Positions 1-9,637 of a DNA stretch of 64,000 bases are shown here, one piece after another; position 1 is the first letter of the stretch; every line of letters begins with the position of its first letter. The notes beneath the pieces were generated by a model that was not told where the DNA came from, did not search any database, and worked only from the letters and a program-made list of their open reading frames with translations. The stretch comes from Deltaproteobacteria bacterium (GTDB lineage: Bacteria; Desulfobacterota; GWC2-55-46; UBA9637; GWC2-42-11). Where the stretch lies: the NCBI GenBank assembly GCA_016234925.1, contig JACRNI010000024.1:6555-70554 (forward strand), written 5' to 3'. The position numbers were made by a program, and so were the translations under genes.

Positions 1-8
1 TTCTGGAC

Positions 9-1067
9 ATGGTTTTTATAGGGCTTTTTATAAGGCTTTCCGGAGGGTTTAACAGCAATGTGTTTTTAGCATTTTATCTCCTTGTAGCCCTGCATTCTTT
101 TTATTATGGACTATCCAAAGGACTTACGCTTGCGCTTGCATCATCTTTAACATATACGCTGATTGTATTTGACGAGTTGAATGCCATTTTGTGGACAGAT
201 ATGATTTTAAGGGCAGCAACAATGTTTGTTATTGCCGGGTTTCTGGGGTTTCTTTCGGAAAAGACAAGACATGATAAAAATGAGATGTTAAAGGCAAAAA
301 ATGAAATGAAGGGATTAGAGGCAAATCTTACAAAGGCATATAACAATCTACAGGATGTTAAAAAACAGGTAGAGCAGTCTGAAAAACTTGCTTCCATCGG
401 CAGGCTTGTTGCTGAACTAGCCCATGAGATTAACAACCCGCTTGATGGCATAAAGAATTGTTTGAATGTCCTAATGATAGAAACAGAGGATGCAGTTTTG
501 AGGGAAAGGTATTTTCAACTGATGCAGGAAGGTATTAGAGAGATTGAGCAGACTGTAATGGACCTTCTTGAATATGCGAAACAGCATGAGTTTAAACTTG
601 AGCCTGTTGATATAAACGAGGTTATTAAAAGGACAATACTTATGGGAGAGTATAAGTTCAATAAGCAGGGCATAAATGTCAGAACAAATTTGAATGGACA
701 GCCTTTGGATGTTATCGGCGATTCGCACCACTTGCAGCAGGTGTTTTTTAATATTATATTTAATGCGATTGACGCTATGCCAAACGGCGGTATGCTGACA
801 ATTGAAACAAGAAAGGAAAATGGTTTTGCGGCAATTGAAATAACAGACAGCGGCACAGGCATTTCTAAAAAGGATTTGAGCAAGATATTTATGCCTTTTT
901 ATACTACAAAGAAACTTGGGGAAGGAACAGGTCTCGGGCTGCCGATAAGCATGGGTATTGTAAAGAGGCATAATGGGCAGATGGATGTTTATAGTTATGT
1001 TAATATGGGGACTTGTTTCAGGATAACACTGCCGGATGTGCAGGCATTCGGGTCTTATAAACTGTAG
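9..1067 (+). CDS. sensor histidine kinase (membrane N-terminus, HisKA + HATPase_c)
   Basis: H-box 'ELAHEINNPLDGI'; N-box 'FNIIFNAIDAM'; G-boxes 'DSGTGI' and 'GTGLGLPI'. N-terminal TM helices. May be 5'-truncated at the window edge. Confidence 0.8.
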   Translation: MVFIGLFIRLSGGFNSNVFLAFYLLVALHSFYYGLSKGLTLALASSLTYTLIVFDELNAILWTDMILRAATMFVIAGFLGFLSEKTRHDKNEMLKAKNEMKGLEANLTKAYNNLQDVKKQVEQSEKLASIGRLVAELAHEINNPLDGIKNCLNVLMIETEDAVLRERYFQLMQEGIREIEQTVMDLLEYAKQHEFKLEPVDINEVIKRTILMGEYKFNKQGINVRTNLNGQPLDVIGDSHHLQQVFFNIIFNAIDAMPNGGMLTIETRKENGFAAIEITDSGTGISKKDLSKIFMPFYTTKKLGEGTGLGLPISMGIVKRHNGQMDVYSYVNMGTCFRITLPDVQAFGSYKL

Positions 1068-1267
1068 CCCAAAAAATGCAGTTGCATTTTTTGGCAAACG
1101 CAATCTTTGGCCAAATACGGCGTCAAATCTGGCTGTCCAAATACTCACATACTGAAAATAGTATGCTCCGTTTTGTCCAGCCATCTTTTCCTTGTCTTTG
1201 GCTCAAATCTTGCGTTTGACCCGAAAAATAAAAACCAAATGCATTTTTCGGGGTAAGGAATAAATAT

Positions 1268-2629
1268 ATGCGGATTCTTATTATAGAAGATGAAAAGATA
1301 AAAAGGATAACACTGACGGATGCCTTGTTAAAGACAGGCTATGAAGTGTCTGCATTTGATAATCCTTCTGAGGCGATAGATGCGTTTAAAGAAAGCGAAT
1401 TTGATGTCGTGGTCACTGATTTACGGCTGCCTCAGATGGGAGGGCTGGACCTTGTTGAAAAGATAAAGGCGATAAGGCCGGATACGCAGGTGATTGTAAT
1501 GACTGCATACGCAACTGTTGATACCGCTGTAAGGGCGATGAAACTTGGCGCATATGATTATATTACAAAACCTTTTTCATCAGAGGAATTGATATTGATA
1601 CTGGAGAGGCTGAAGGAATTTAAAAAGATTGTCAGCGAGAATATAAAACTTAAAAAACAGATTTCATCCCGTTATAGTTTTAACAACATTGTCGGCAAAG
1701 GCAAGGAGATGCAGGGTGTTTATGAACTTATAGAAACTATCGCCCCGAGGGACACAACAATACTCATCATAGGCGAGAGCGGAACAGGCAAGGAACTTAT
1801 TGCCCATGCCGTACATTATAATAGTTTAAGAAAGGAAAAGCCGCTTGTAAAATTGAGCTGCGCAGCGCTCACAGAAACCCTCCTTGAAAGCGAACTCTTT
1901 GGGCATGAAAAGGGCGCTTTTACAGGGGCAATAAAGGAAAGAAAGGGCAGGTTTGAACTTGCAAATGAAGGCACGATATTTCTGGATGATGTGGACGACA
2001 TACCGCTTTCAATGCAGCCAAAACTGCTGCGGGTGCTGCAGGAGAGGGAATTTGAAAGGGTCGGCGGCACAAAGACAATTAAGGTTGATGTAAGGGTTAT
2101 CTGCGCAACAAAGCAGGATTTAATGACAAAGGTTAAAGAAGGCAGATTCAGGGAAGACCTTTTTTACAGACTGAATGTCGTCCCGATTAAACTTCCTCCG
2201 CTCAGGGAAAGAAGAGAGGATATTCCTTTGCTTACAGAACATTTCTTAAGGAAATACTGCAAGCCGTCTGATAAAAAAATGTTTTCAGCAGAGGCAATGA
2301 AATTGCTGATGGATTATGACTGGCAGGGGAATGTGAGGGAACTTGAAAATATAATTGAAAGGGTTATAGCCACTTCAAAAAAACACGAAATAATGCCGCA
2401 GGATCTGCCTGATACTATTGTGCCTTCATCTCAACGGGTTTGCGACCAGCATCTTACGGATGTAATTGAAAAGGATGCTTCATTTGATGATATTGTTATA
2501 GGGCTTGAGAAGAGACTGCTTTCCATTGCGCTTGAAAAGTCGCATGGAAATAAAAGCGAGGCAGCAAGACTCCTCAAGATGAAAAGGGAGACATTCAGGG
2601 ATAAGATTGAAAAATACGGATTGAAATAA
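1268..2629 (+). CDS. sigma-54-dependent response regulator (NtrC family: REC + AAA+ + Fis HTH)
   Basis: REC domain with 'DLRLPQMGGLDL'; Walker A 'GESGTGKE'; GAFTGA-like 'GAFTGA'; C-terminal HTH. Confidence 0.85.
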   Translation: MRILIIEDEKIKRITLTDALLKTGYEVSAFDNPSEAIDAFKESEFDVVVTDLRLPQMGGLDLVEKIKAIRPDTQVIVMTAYATVDTAVRAMKLGAYDYITKPFSSEELILILERLKEFKKIVSENIKLKKQISSRYSFNNIVGKGKEMQGVYELIETIAPRDTTILIIGESGTGKELIAHAVHYNSLRKEKPLVKLSCAALTETLLESELFGHEKGAFTGAIKERKGRFELANEGTIFLDDVDDIPLSMQPKLLRVLQEREFERVGGTKTIKVDVRVICATKQDLMTKVKEGRFREDLFYRLNVVPIKLPPLRERREDIPLLTEHFLRKYCKPSDKKMFSAEAMKLLMDYDWQGNVRELENIIERVIATSKKHEIMPQDLPDTIVPSSQRVCDQHLTDVIEKDASFDDIVIGLEKRLLSIALEKSHGNKSEAARLLKMKRETFRDKIEKYGLK

Positions 2630-2802
2630 TACGAACGCAATAAATGTCCGACCCATGCTTTGCACGGGTGCCCCACTGCGTTGGGCTCCTCGGAAAATCC
2701 CCAACATACTAAAAAGTATGCCTGCGGTTTTCCATCGTCGTCCGCCTTGTCTAAAGCCATTTCTTGAGTTCGTTATGCTGTCATTTTTTTATTGCGTTTG
2801 TA

Positions 2803-3783
2803 TTAGTTATATACTGCTGAAATACTACGAATATATTTTACAAGCAGACCAATCTCATCCTCTTTTAAAAGACCTTCCCATGCAGGCATTCGTTCTGAAA
2901 TGCCTATCTCCTGTCCGCCTTTTAAAATAACATCTGTTAATTCTTTATCTGTTCTCTTGGACATATGCAGTGTGTCTGTAAGGTCTCTTGGCTTTAGTCC
3001 TGCCTGAAAGAATTGCGCTGTAAGACCGTCTCCCTTGCCGTCTGTTCCGTGACACATTGAACAGTTTTCGCGAAAGAGCAGTTTGGCTTTTGCAAATGGA
3101 TTGACATCTATCTTTTGTGTTTCTATTTTTATTTTTTCCTCGTTAGCGTGACATGCCATGCAAACCTGTTTTTTTGGTATAAACCTTAAAGTTGTCTCTT
3201 CAATCATATCAAAACCAATATGGCATCTAATACACGGGATGCCCATTTCATAGTGTGTATTGTGATTGCTTCTGAGGTTTGTATTCATCCACACCCATCT
3301 GGATTGAGGAGGTTTTTTATCCGAATAATTAAGATGGCATGTCTTGCATTTTGCAGGGATGCTGTTGTCTTTTATTCCAAAGTCAGAAGAATAGATATGG
3401 CAGACCCTGCAAGGATTTTTATCCAACGATGGAGCGTCAGCCTTATTATTGCTAAACCCATGTCCTGCAGGCATCAAGTAATCATCGGTTTTAGCGCTGG
3501 ATGATGCCTCTCTATGACAAAAGGCGCATTCAATCCCAAGATTTGTATGGGTTTTATGTGATATTTGGACAGGATAGTATTTATAAACCAGTTTTTTGCC
3601 AGCCACATTGTGGCATATACTGCAATCCTTGCGCGCCGGAATTATTATTTGTGATGATTTAGATTTTTCCGCGTCATACATAGGAGAGATAAGCATCTGG
3701 TCTTGTTTTACAGATATGCAGGCGGATAAAAGAAATAATAAAAGAAATAATAAAGGAATGAATTTAATCCGGTTGCTGCGCAT
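2803..3783 (-). CDS. multiheme c-type cytochrome lipoprotein (7 CxxCH)
   Basis: Seven CxxCH motifs: CSICH, CAFCH, CRVCH, CKTCH, CIRCH, CMACH, CSMCH. Lipoprotein signal 'LLFLLSAC'. Confidence 0.8.
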   Translation of the reverse strand: MRSNRIKFIPLLFLLLFLLSACISVKQDQMLISPMYDAEKSKSSQIIIPARKDCSICHNVAGKKLVYKYYPVQISHKTHTNLGIECAFCHREASSSAKTDDYLMPAGHGFSNNKADAPSLDKNPCRVCHIYSSDFGIKDNSIPAKCKTCHLNYSDKKPPQSRWVWMNTNLRSNHNTHYEMGIPCIRCHIGFDMIEETTLRFIPKKQVCMACHANEEKIKIETQKIDVNPFAKAKLLFRENCSMCHGTDGKGDGLTAQFFQAGLKPRDLTDTLHMSKRTDKELTDVILKGGQEIGISERMPAWEGLLKEDEIGLLVKYIRSISAVYN

Positions 3784-3830
3784 ATTTATGACGGGGGAGG
3801 TATTCGTTAGAATAGATTTTTTTGCCTGCC

Positions 3831-4014
3831 TCCGTAAAATAGCGATTTAAAACCTCGCTATTTTACAAACCTGCGATTTGCCCGCCATACTTCGTTATCG
3901 GCGCATTTTTGCTCCTCACCGTATTGGTGATATACGGCTCGTCGCAAAAATGGCCTCTGCCTCGTCTGGCAGCCAACTTGCAGGTTTCCCCAAAAATCAA
4001 AGTCTATTTTTGGG
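3831..4014 (+). repeat. ~185-nt structured repeat, family A, copy 1
   Basis: Near-identical to 6577..6783 and, in reverse complement, to 12672..12856 and 25698..25882. Bounded by hairpins 'gtaaaatagcga...tcgctattttac' and 'cccaaaaat...atttttggg'. Confidence 0.6.
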
Positions 4015-4080
4015 CTGCCTTATCACCCCTGATAGGACTGTTGAAAATCCTGTATTATTTGAGGTTGGTTGTAAAAAAAA

Positions 4081-4154
4081 TGGCTGGGGGACAAGGATTC
4101 GAACCTCGATAGACAGAGTCAGAGTCTGCCGTCCTGCCGTTAGACGATCCCCCA
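4081..4154 (-). tRNA. tRNA-Gln (anticodon CUG)
   Basis: Manual cloverleaf: acceptor stem TGGGGGA/TCCCCCA; D-arm GTCT/GGAC; anticodon loop CTCTGAC (CUG); T-arm CGAGG-TTCGAAT-CCTTG; encoded CCA. Confidence 0.8.
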
Positions 4155-4236
4155 GTGTATTTTGTAATGTAATGCAAAATAATTTGCCCAGTCAAGGAAA
4201 ATCTAACAGCCCAAAAGTAGATATTGATAAAAACAC

Positions 4237-4266
4237 TTGACCTTAAATTATTAAAAATAGTATAAT
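4237..4266 (+). promoter_or_regulatory. sigma-70-like promoter (TTGACC-18-TATAAT) for the TPR gene
   Basis: -35 TTGACC 4237..4242; -10 TATAAT 4261..4266; RBS GGAGGTG before the ATG at 4300. Confidence 0.4.
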
Positions 4267-4299
4267 TAAACAATAAAATATTATTCGAGGAGGTGTTTT

Positions 4300-4767
4300 A
4301 TGAAAACACTAATAAAAGGCATTTTGGTTTTTGCTATTGTTTCATTAGCATTTATTGGGTTTGCAAATGCAGATGAAAAAATAGCAGGTCTTTCAAATGA
4401 AGCGGCGGAAAAAAAGGCTATAGCGCATCAAACTAAAGGCAATGCCTATGATGATGATGGAAAACTTAATGATGCGATAATTGAATACAAGGAATCTTTA
4501 AAATACAGCCCTGATAATGTTGATACGCTTTTTAATCTCGGCACGGCTTATTTAAAGGCAAACAAACCTCAAGAGGCTGCATCAACCTTTGAAAAGGTAG
4601 TTAAGATTGACCCAAATGATTTTGAGGCATACAACCTGCTGGGTATTGCATACAGGGGCTGCGGAAAATATGATGACGCAAAGAAATCATGGGAAAAATC
4701 ACTTGCAATAAATCCCAATCAAGCAAAGGTAAAACAAATGATGAATGATAAGATGTCTCAAAAATAA
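4300..4767 (+). CDS. secreted TPR-repeat protein
   Basis: Signal peptide 'ILVFAIVSLAFIGFANA'. TPR-like repeats ('GNAYDDDGKLNDAIIEYKESLKYSPDN...'). Confidence 0.75.
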   Translation: MKTLIKGILVFAIVSLAFIGFANADEKIAGLSNEAAEKKAIAHQTKGNAYDDDGKLNDAIIEYKESLKYSPDNVDTLFNLGTAYLKANKPQEAASTFEKVVKIDPNDFEAYNLLGIAYRGCGKYDDAKKSWEKSLAINPNQAKVKQMMNDKMSQK

Positions 4768-4789
4768 TGTAGATATTGATTGTAAAAAT

Positions 4790-4834
4790 CCCCATAGCCT
4801 ATTTTTAGAAACAGACTATGGGGATATTTTTTTG
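4790..4834 (+). terminator. rho-independent terminator
   Basis: Hairpin ccccatag...ctatgggg followed by a T-run, after the stop at 4767. Confidence 0.5.
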
Positions 4835-4873
4835 CAACAAACAAATTCTTTATAAAAAAGGCAGGTAAAATCA

Positions 4874-6043
4874 ATGTTAGATAGTATAAAGCCAGAAAAG
4901 GTTAATTGGAGGCATTATTTCGGCGGATTGTCATTTATAATGATAATTATGCAATTATTAACAGGGTTGTTTCTAATATTTTTTTATGAACCAACCATTG
5001 CTGATGCCTATAAAACAGTTCAGATAATATCTAATGAGATTACTGCAGGCGGTTTAATTAGAAATCTCCACAGATGGATACCTGCGCTTTTATTTATTGC
5101 TGTGCTTGTTCATACGATAAGGTGTTTTTTAAGAAAAGATTTTTCAAACCAGCAGAAAAAGGTTTTATGGCTGACCGGTGTTCTGCTCCTCCTTCCGATA
5201 TTTCTCCTGATAGCCACAGGTCTGATAATGCCATGGGAATGGAAGGGCTATTGGTTTATGGAGATGGTCCCGAATTATTTTGGGACAATACCGATTATTG
5301 GTGATTCTCTGAAATCATTTTTCATGGAGACATATACAATACCGAGATACTATGTCCTGCATATACTTGTGTTTCCAATAATTACATTTGTGCTTGTTGA
5401 TTATCACATACTTGTAAAGTTGAGGAAGCGGGGAATTTTTCATTATCTCTTAAAGCATGCAATAGTTGTACTGCCATTTTTAATACTCTTGCTTTATCTT
5501 TCAACAACAATGCAAATTCCGTCTAACGACCCTATTGATGTGCCTCTGCCTTTGGAAGGGGCAAATATCATTGCGCCCGAGTGGTATTTTTTAATAATTT
5601 TATTGCCGTTTATGTATCTTAAAGATAGTCCATGGATACCTTTTATATCTATCTTTGCGCCGCTTATTGTGCTTTTTGCCACCGCATTCATGCCGTATTA
5701 TTTAAAGGGCAAAGAAAACAATGAGGAAGAATCTTATGAGGATAAACACCATCACAGGGCAACAGGCATAAAACTTTTATGGCATAAGACTATGAGAAAT
5801 ACCGCTGCGAAAAAGATTGCGAACGGTATTATTGTTACTATAATAACAGTTGTTATAGCAGGTCTTATCTATCTTGGAAATTATAATTCTCCAACATTCG
5901 GATGCAATTCATGCCACAATGTATCAAAAGGCGTGAGGATAGGCATCCCTCCTGATTTTTTCAAAGACCGTTCAAAACTTCCGCTTTTGAATGACAATGA
6001 GTGGATGATGAGGCACTGGTATTATCCAAACGAGGTCTGGTAA
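4874..6043 (+). CDS. cytochrome b-like polytopic membrane protein with C-terminal CxxCH (b/c fusion)
   Basis: Cytochrome b/b6-like His-containing helices ('NLHRWIPALLFIAVLVHTIRCF'), about 9 TM segments, and a C-terminal 'CNSCH' heme c site. Confidence 0.6.
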   Translation: MLDSIKPEKVNWRHYFGGLSFIMIIMQLLTGLFLIFFYEPTIADAYKTVQIISNEITAGGLIRNLHRWIPALLFIAVLVHTIRCFLRKDFSNQQKKVLWLTGVLLLLPIFLLIATGLIMPWEWKGYWFMEMVPNYFGTIPIIGDSLKSFFMETYTIPRYYVLHILVFPIITFVLVDYHILVKLRKRGIFHYLLKHAIVVLPFLILLLYLSTTMQIPSNDPIDVPLPLEGANIIAPEWYFLIILLPFMYLKDSPWIPFISIFAPLIVLFATAFMPYYLKGKENNEEESYEDKHHHRATGIKLLWHKTMRNTAAKKIANGIIVTIITVVIAGLIYLGNYNSPTFGCNSCHNVSKGVRIGIPPDFFKDRSKLPLLNDNEWMMRHWYYPNEVW

Positions 6044-6046
6044 TCT

Positions 6047-6421
6047 ATGAAAAGGAATAAGACCATCCTGTATGCAATTATAGTTATTGCAGTCTTTGCA
6101 GGGGTATATCTATTTTTTGCTGGAGATGATAAAAAGGCTGTGCAGAAGGCAGTAGATGCCTATATGGCTGCTGTAAAGAATAGAAATTTTGATGTCGTAT
6201 ATGCGATGAATGCTTCTTCCCAAAAGCGGACACTTTTTATTTTAACAGGCAGTGATGCGAATAAAGATGAACTCCTGAAACAATATTATAACGAGCAGAA
6301 GACAGCATTTGACTCTGTGCAGGCAGCGGTTAATCTCAAGGATTTGTGGGCTGAAAAGGCAGTCTTTGCGCCTGATATGAAATACAGGATATGCGAAAAG
6401 AGAATCTGCCCCTGCTATTGA
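6047..6421 (+). CDS. hypothetical membrane-anchored protein
   Basis: One N-terminal TM helix; no recognisable motifs; translationally coupled to the cytochrome b gene. Confidence 0.4.
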   Translation: MKRNKTILYAIIVIAVFAGVYLFFAGDDKKAVQKAVDAYMAAVKNRNFDVVYAMNASSQKRTLFILTGSDANKDELLKQYYNEQKTAFDSVQAAVNLKDLWAEKAVFAPDMKYRICEKRICPCY

Positions 6422-6576
6422 AGGCAAAAGTGTAAAAAAGGCAATTTATATTGTCAAGATGATACACAGCAAAAACATCGGAAAGACGATAAAGACAATG
6501 ACCGCAGAAATAGGTGACAGATGGTTGTTTAAAGGGATTGCAATAAAAGACGGAAGTATTATCTATTGGTAATGCT

Positions 6577-6783
6577 TCCGTAAAATAGCGATTAAAAACC
6601 TCGCTATTTTACAAACCTGCGATTTGCCCGACCCAAGCTTCGCTTGGGTGCCCCGACTTCGTTATCAGCCATTTTTGCTCCTCACCGTATTGGTGATATA
6701 CGGCTCGTCGCAAAAATGGCCTCTGCCTCGTCTGGCAGGCAACTTGCAGGTTTCCCCAAAAATCAAAGTCTATTTTTGGGATG
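6577..6783 (+). repeat. family A repeat, copy 2 (extra internal hairpin)
   Basis: Same sequence as 3831..4014 with an inserted hairpin 'acccaagcttcgcttgggtg'. Confidence 0.6.
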
Positions 6784-6886
6784 CTTTAATTTTGTTGACA
6801 GATAAATTAAAAAGTTCTAAATTACACAATTCAAAACACTCCCCTCAACGGAATCAGGGGGCAAAACATAAGGAGGATAAAAGATT

Positions 6887-8047
6887 ATGTCATTAAAAGA
6901 TTTTTTGTTTACATCAGAATCTGTTACAGAAGGGCATCCTGACAAGGTTGCAGACCAGATATCAGATTCGGTTTTGGATGCGATACTTGCGGTTGACCCA
7001 AAGAGCAGGGTTGCATGCGAGACCCTTGTTACAACAGGAGTGGCAATTATCGCTGGTGAAATCACAACCAGCGCAAAACTGGATTATCCCCAGATAGTCA
7101 GGAATGCAATAAAAGACATCGGCTACACAGACGCGGCAATGGGTTTTGATGCGCACACATGCGCTGTTATGGTAACACTAGACAGGCAGTCCCCTGACAT
7201 TGCAATGGGCGTTGACACAACAGAAGGCAAGGAGCAGGGCGCAGGCGACCAAGGTTTAATGTTTGGATATGCCTGCAATCACACGCCTGAACTTATGCCA
7301 ATGCCGATACTATACGCGCATAAACTTACAAAGAGACTTGCTGATGCAAGAAAGAACGGGACTTTAAAATTTTTAAGGCCTGACGGAAAATCTCAGGTTA
7401 CAATAAAGTATGTCAATAACAGACCTGTTAAGGTTGACACAATTGTTATTTCAACACAGCACAGCCCGGATGTTGATAATAAAACCTTGAGAGAGGCGGT
7501 TATGGACGAGGTTATAAAAAAGGTTATTCCAGCAGAGTTTATTGATAAAGATACAAAATATCATATAAACCCGACAGGCAGGTTTGTTGTCGGCGGACCT
7601 CAGGGAGACTGCGGTTTGACTGGAAGAAAAATCATTGTTGACACATACGGCGGGCATGGCAGCCACGGCGGCGGAGCATTTTCCGGCAAAGACCCTTCAA
7701 AGGTTGACAGGAGCGCATCCTATATGGGCAGATATATTGCAAAGAATGTTGTTGCAGCAGGGCTTGCAGATGAGTGCGAGGTTCAACTTGCATATGCAAT
7801 AGGTGTTGCAGAGCCGGTATCTGTAATGGTTGATACATTTGGCACGGAAAAGACTGACCCTGAAAAAATCGTAAAGGCTGTGAAAGAAAACTTCAAGATG
7901 AAGCCGGCAGATATTATAAAGACGCTTGATTTATTAAGACCGATATACAGAAAGACTGCTGCATATGGACACTTTGGCAGGAATGAGCCAGAATTTACAT
8001 GGGAAAAAACAGATAAGGCAGAAGCATTGAAAAACAGTGTTAAGTGA
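6887..8047 (+). CDS. metK: S-adenosylmethionine synthetase
   Basis: '[20 protein letters not shown]' and '[17 protein letters not shown]' signatures; 386 aa. Confidence 0.95.
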   Translation: MSLKDFLFTSESVTEGHPDKVADQISDSVLDAILAVDPKSRVACETLVTTGVAIIAGEITTSAKLDYPQIVRNAIKDIGYTDAAMGFDAHTCAVMVTLDRQSPDIAMGVDTTEGKEQGAGDQGLMFGYACNHTPELMPMPILYAHKLTKRLADARKNGTLKFLRPDGKSQVTIKYVNNRPVKVDTIVISTQHSPDVDNKTLREAVMDEVIKKVIPAEFIDKDTKYHINPTGRFVVGGPQGDCGLTGRKIIVDTYGGHGSHGGGAFSGKDPSKVDRSASYMGRYIAKNVVAAGLADECEVQLAYAIGVAEPVSVMVDTFGTEKTDPEKIVKAVKENFKMKPADIIKTLDLLRPIYRKTAAYGHFGRNEPEFTWEKTDKAEALKNSVK

Positions 8048-8107
8048 CAGTGTCAGTGTCGGTTTTTTACTGACACTAATCACTGACACCGACACTAAAA
8101 ACAGTGA

Positions 8108-9263
<1,156 letters not shown>

Positions 9264-9434
9264 AATATAAATCAAAAGTCAAATCTCAAAACTCAAAAGC
9301 AAGCAATGTCATTGCGAGGGACAAAGTCCCAAAGCAATCTCAGAATAAATATAGTTATTCCCCCCATCCCCTTTAGCAACAAGGGGGATGGGGGATTATA
9401 ATCTCTCCGCATAGAACATCTTATATTTTTTCCT

Positions 9435-9463
9435 TTGACAGTCATTTTTTAAGGGCTTATACT
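9435..9463 (+). promoter_or_regulatory. sigma-70-like promoter (TTGACA-17-TATACT)
   Basis: In the 374-bp intergenic region upstream of 9638. Confidence 0.35.
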
Positions 9464-9637
9464 CCCTATACAGAAAGATGAAATCTTATTGAAGAAGGCG
9501 AACCAATTCCCGTATCCCATGTCAAAGAAATGGTTTTTGGGTGATTCAGCCAGAGGTGTGATAAACGAAATACTTCGTCTATTATCCTAAAGTAGTTATC
9601 GGCAACCCGTTGACGACAGTGCTAACATCAAACGACA

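Noticed and set aside
471-1184. Long antisense ORFs inside annotated genes (e.g. 471..1184-, 44078..44554-, 51917..52550+)
   Set aside because: They overlap well-supported genes on the opposite strand, with no motifs and a compositional artefact of AT-rich DNA.
3831-4014. Hammerhead/twister-type self-cleaving ribozyme in the multicopy family A element
   Set aside because: No CUGAUGA...GAAA hammerhead core or other recognisable ribozyme core on either strand.
3878-4240. ORFs through family A repeats (3878..4240, 6624..6896, 12640..12864, 25672..25908) that share the peptide 'PLPRLAANLQVSPKIKVYFW'
   Set aside because: The upstream frame and peptide differ between copies (indels), there is no RBS or start conservation, and the sequence is dominated by hairpins. 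More likely a structured RNA/repeat than a gene.
6790-6886. Possible SAM riboswitch upstream of metK and SAH riboswitch upstream of ahcY (8048..8113)
   Set aside because: No match to SAM-I/II/V or SAH riboswitch cores that I can see. The metK leader has only a simple hairpin plus RBS, and the metK-ahcY spacer is a 60-nt AT-rich palindrome.
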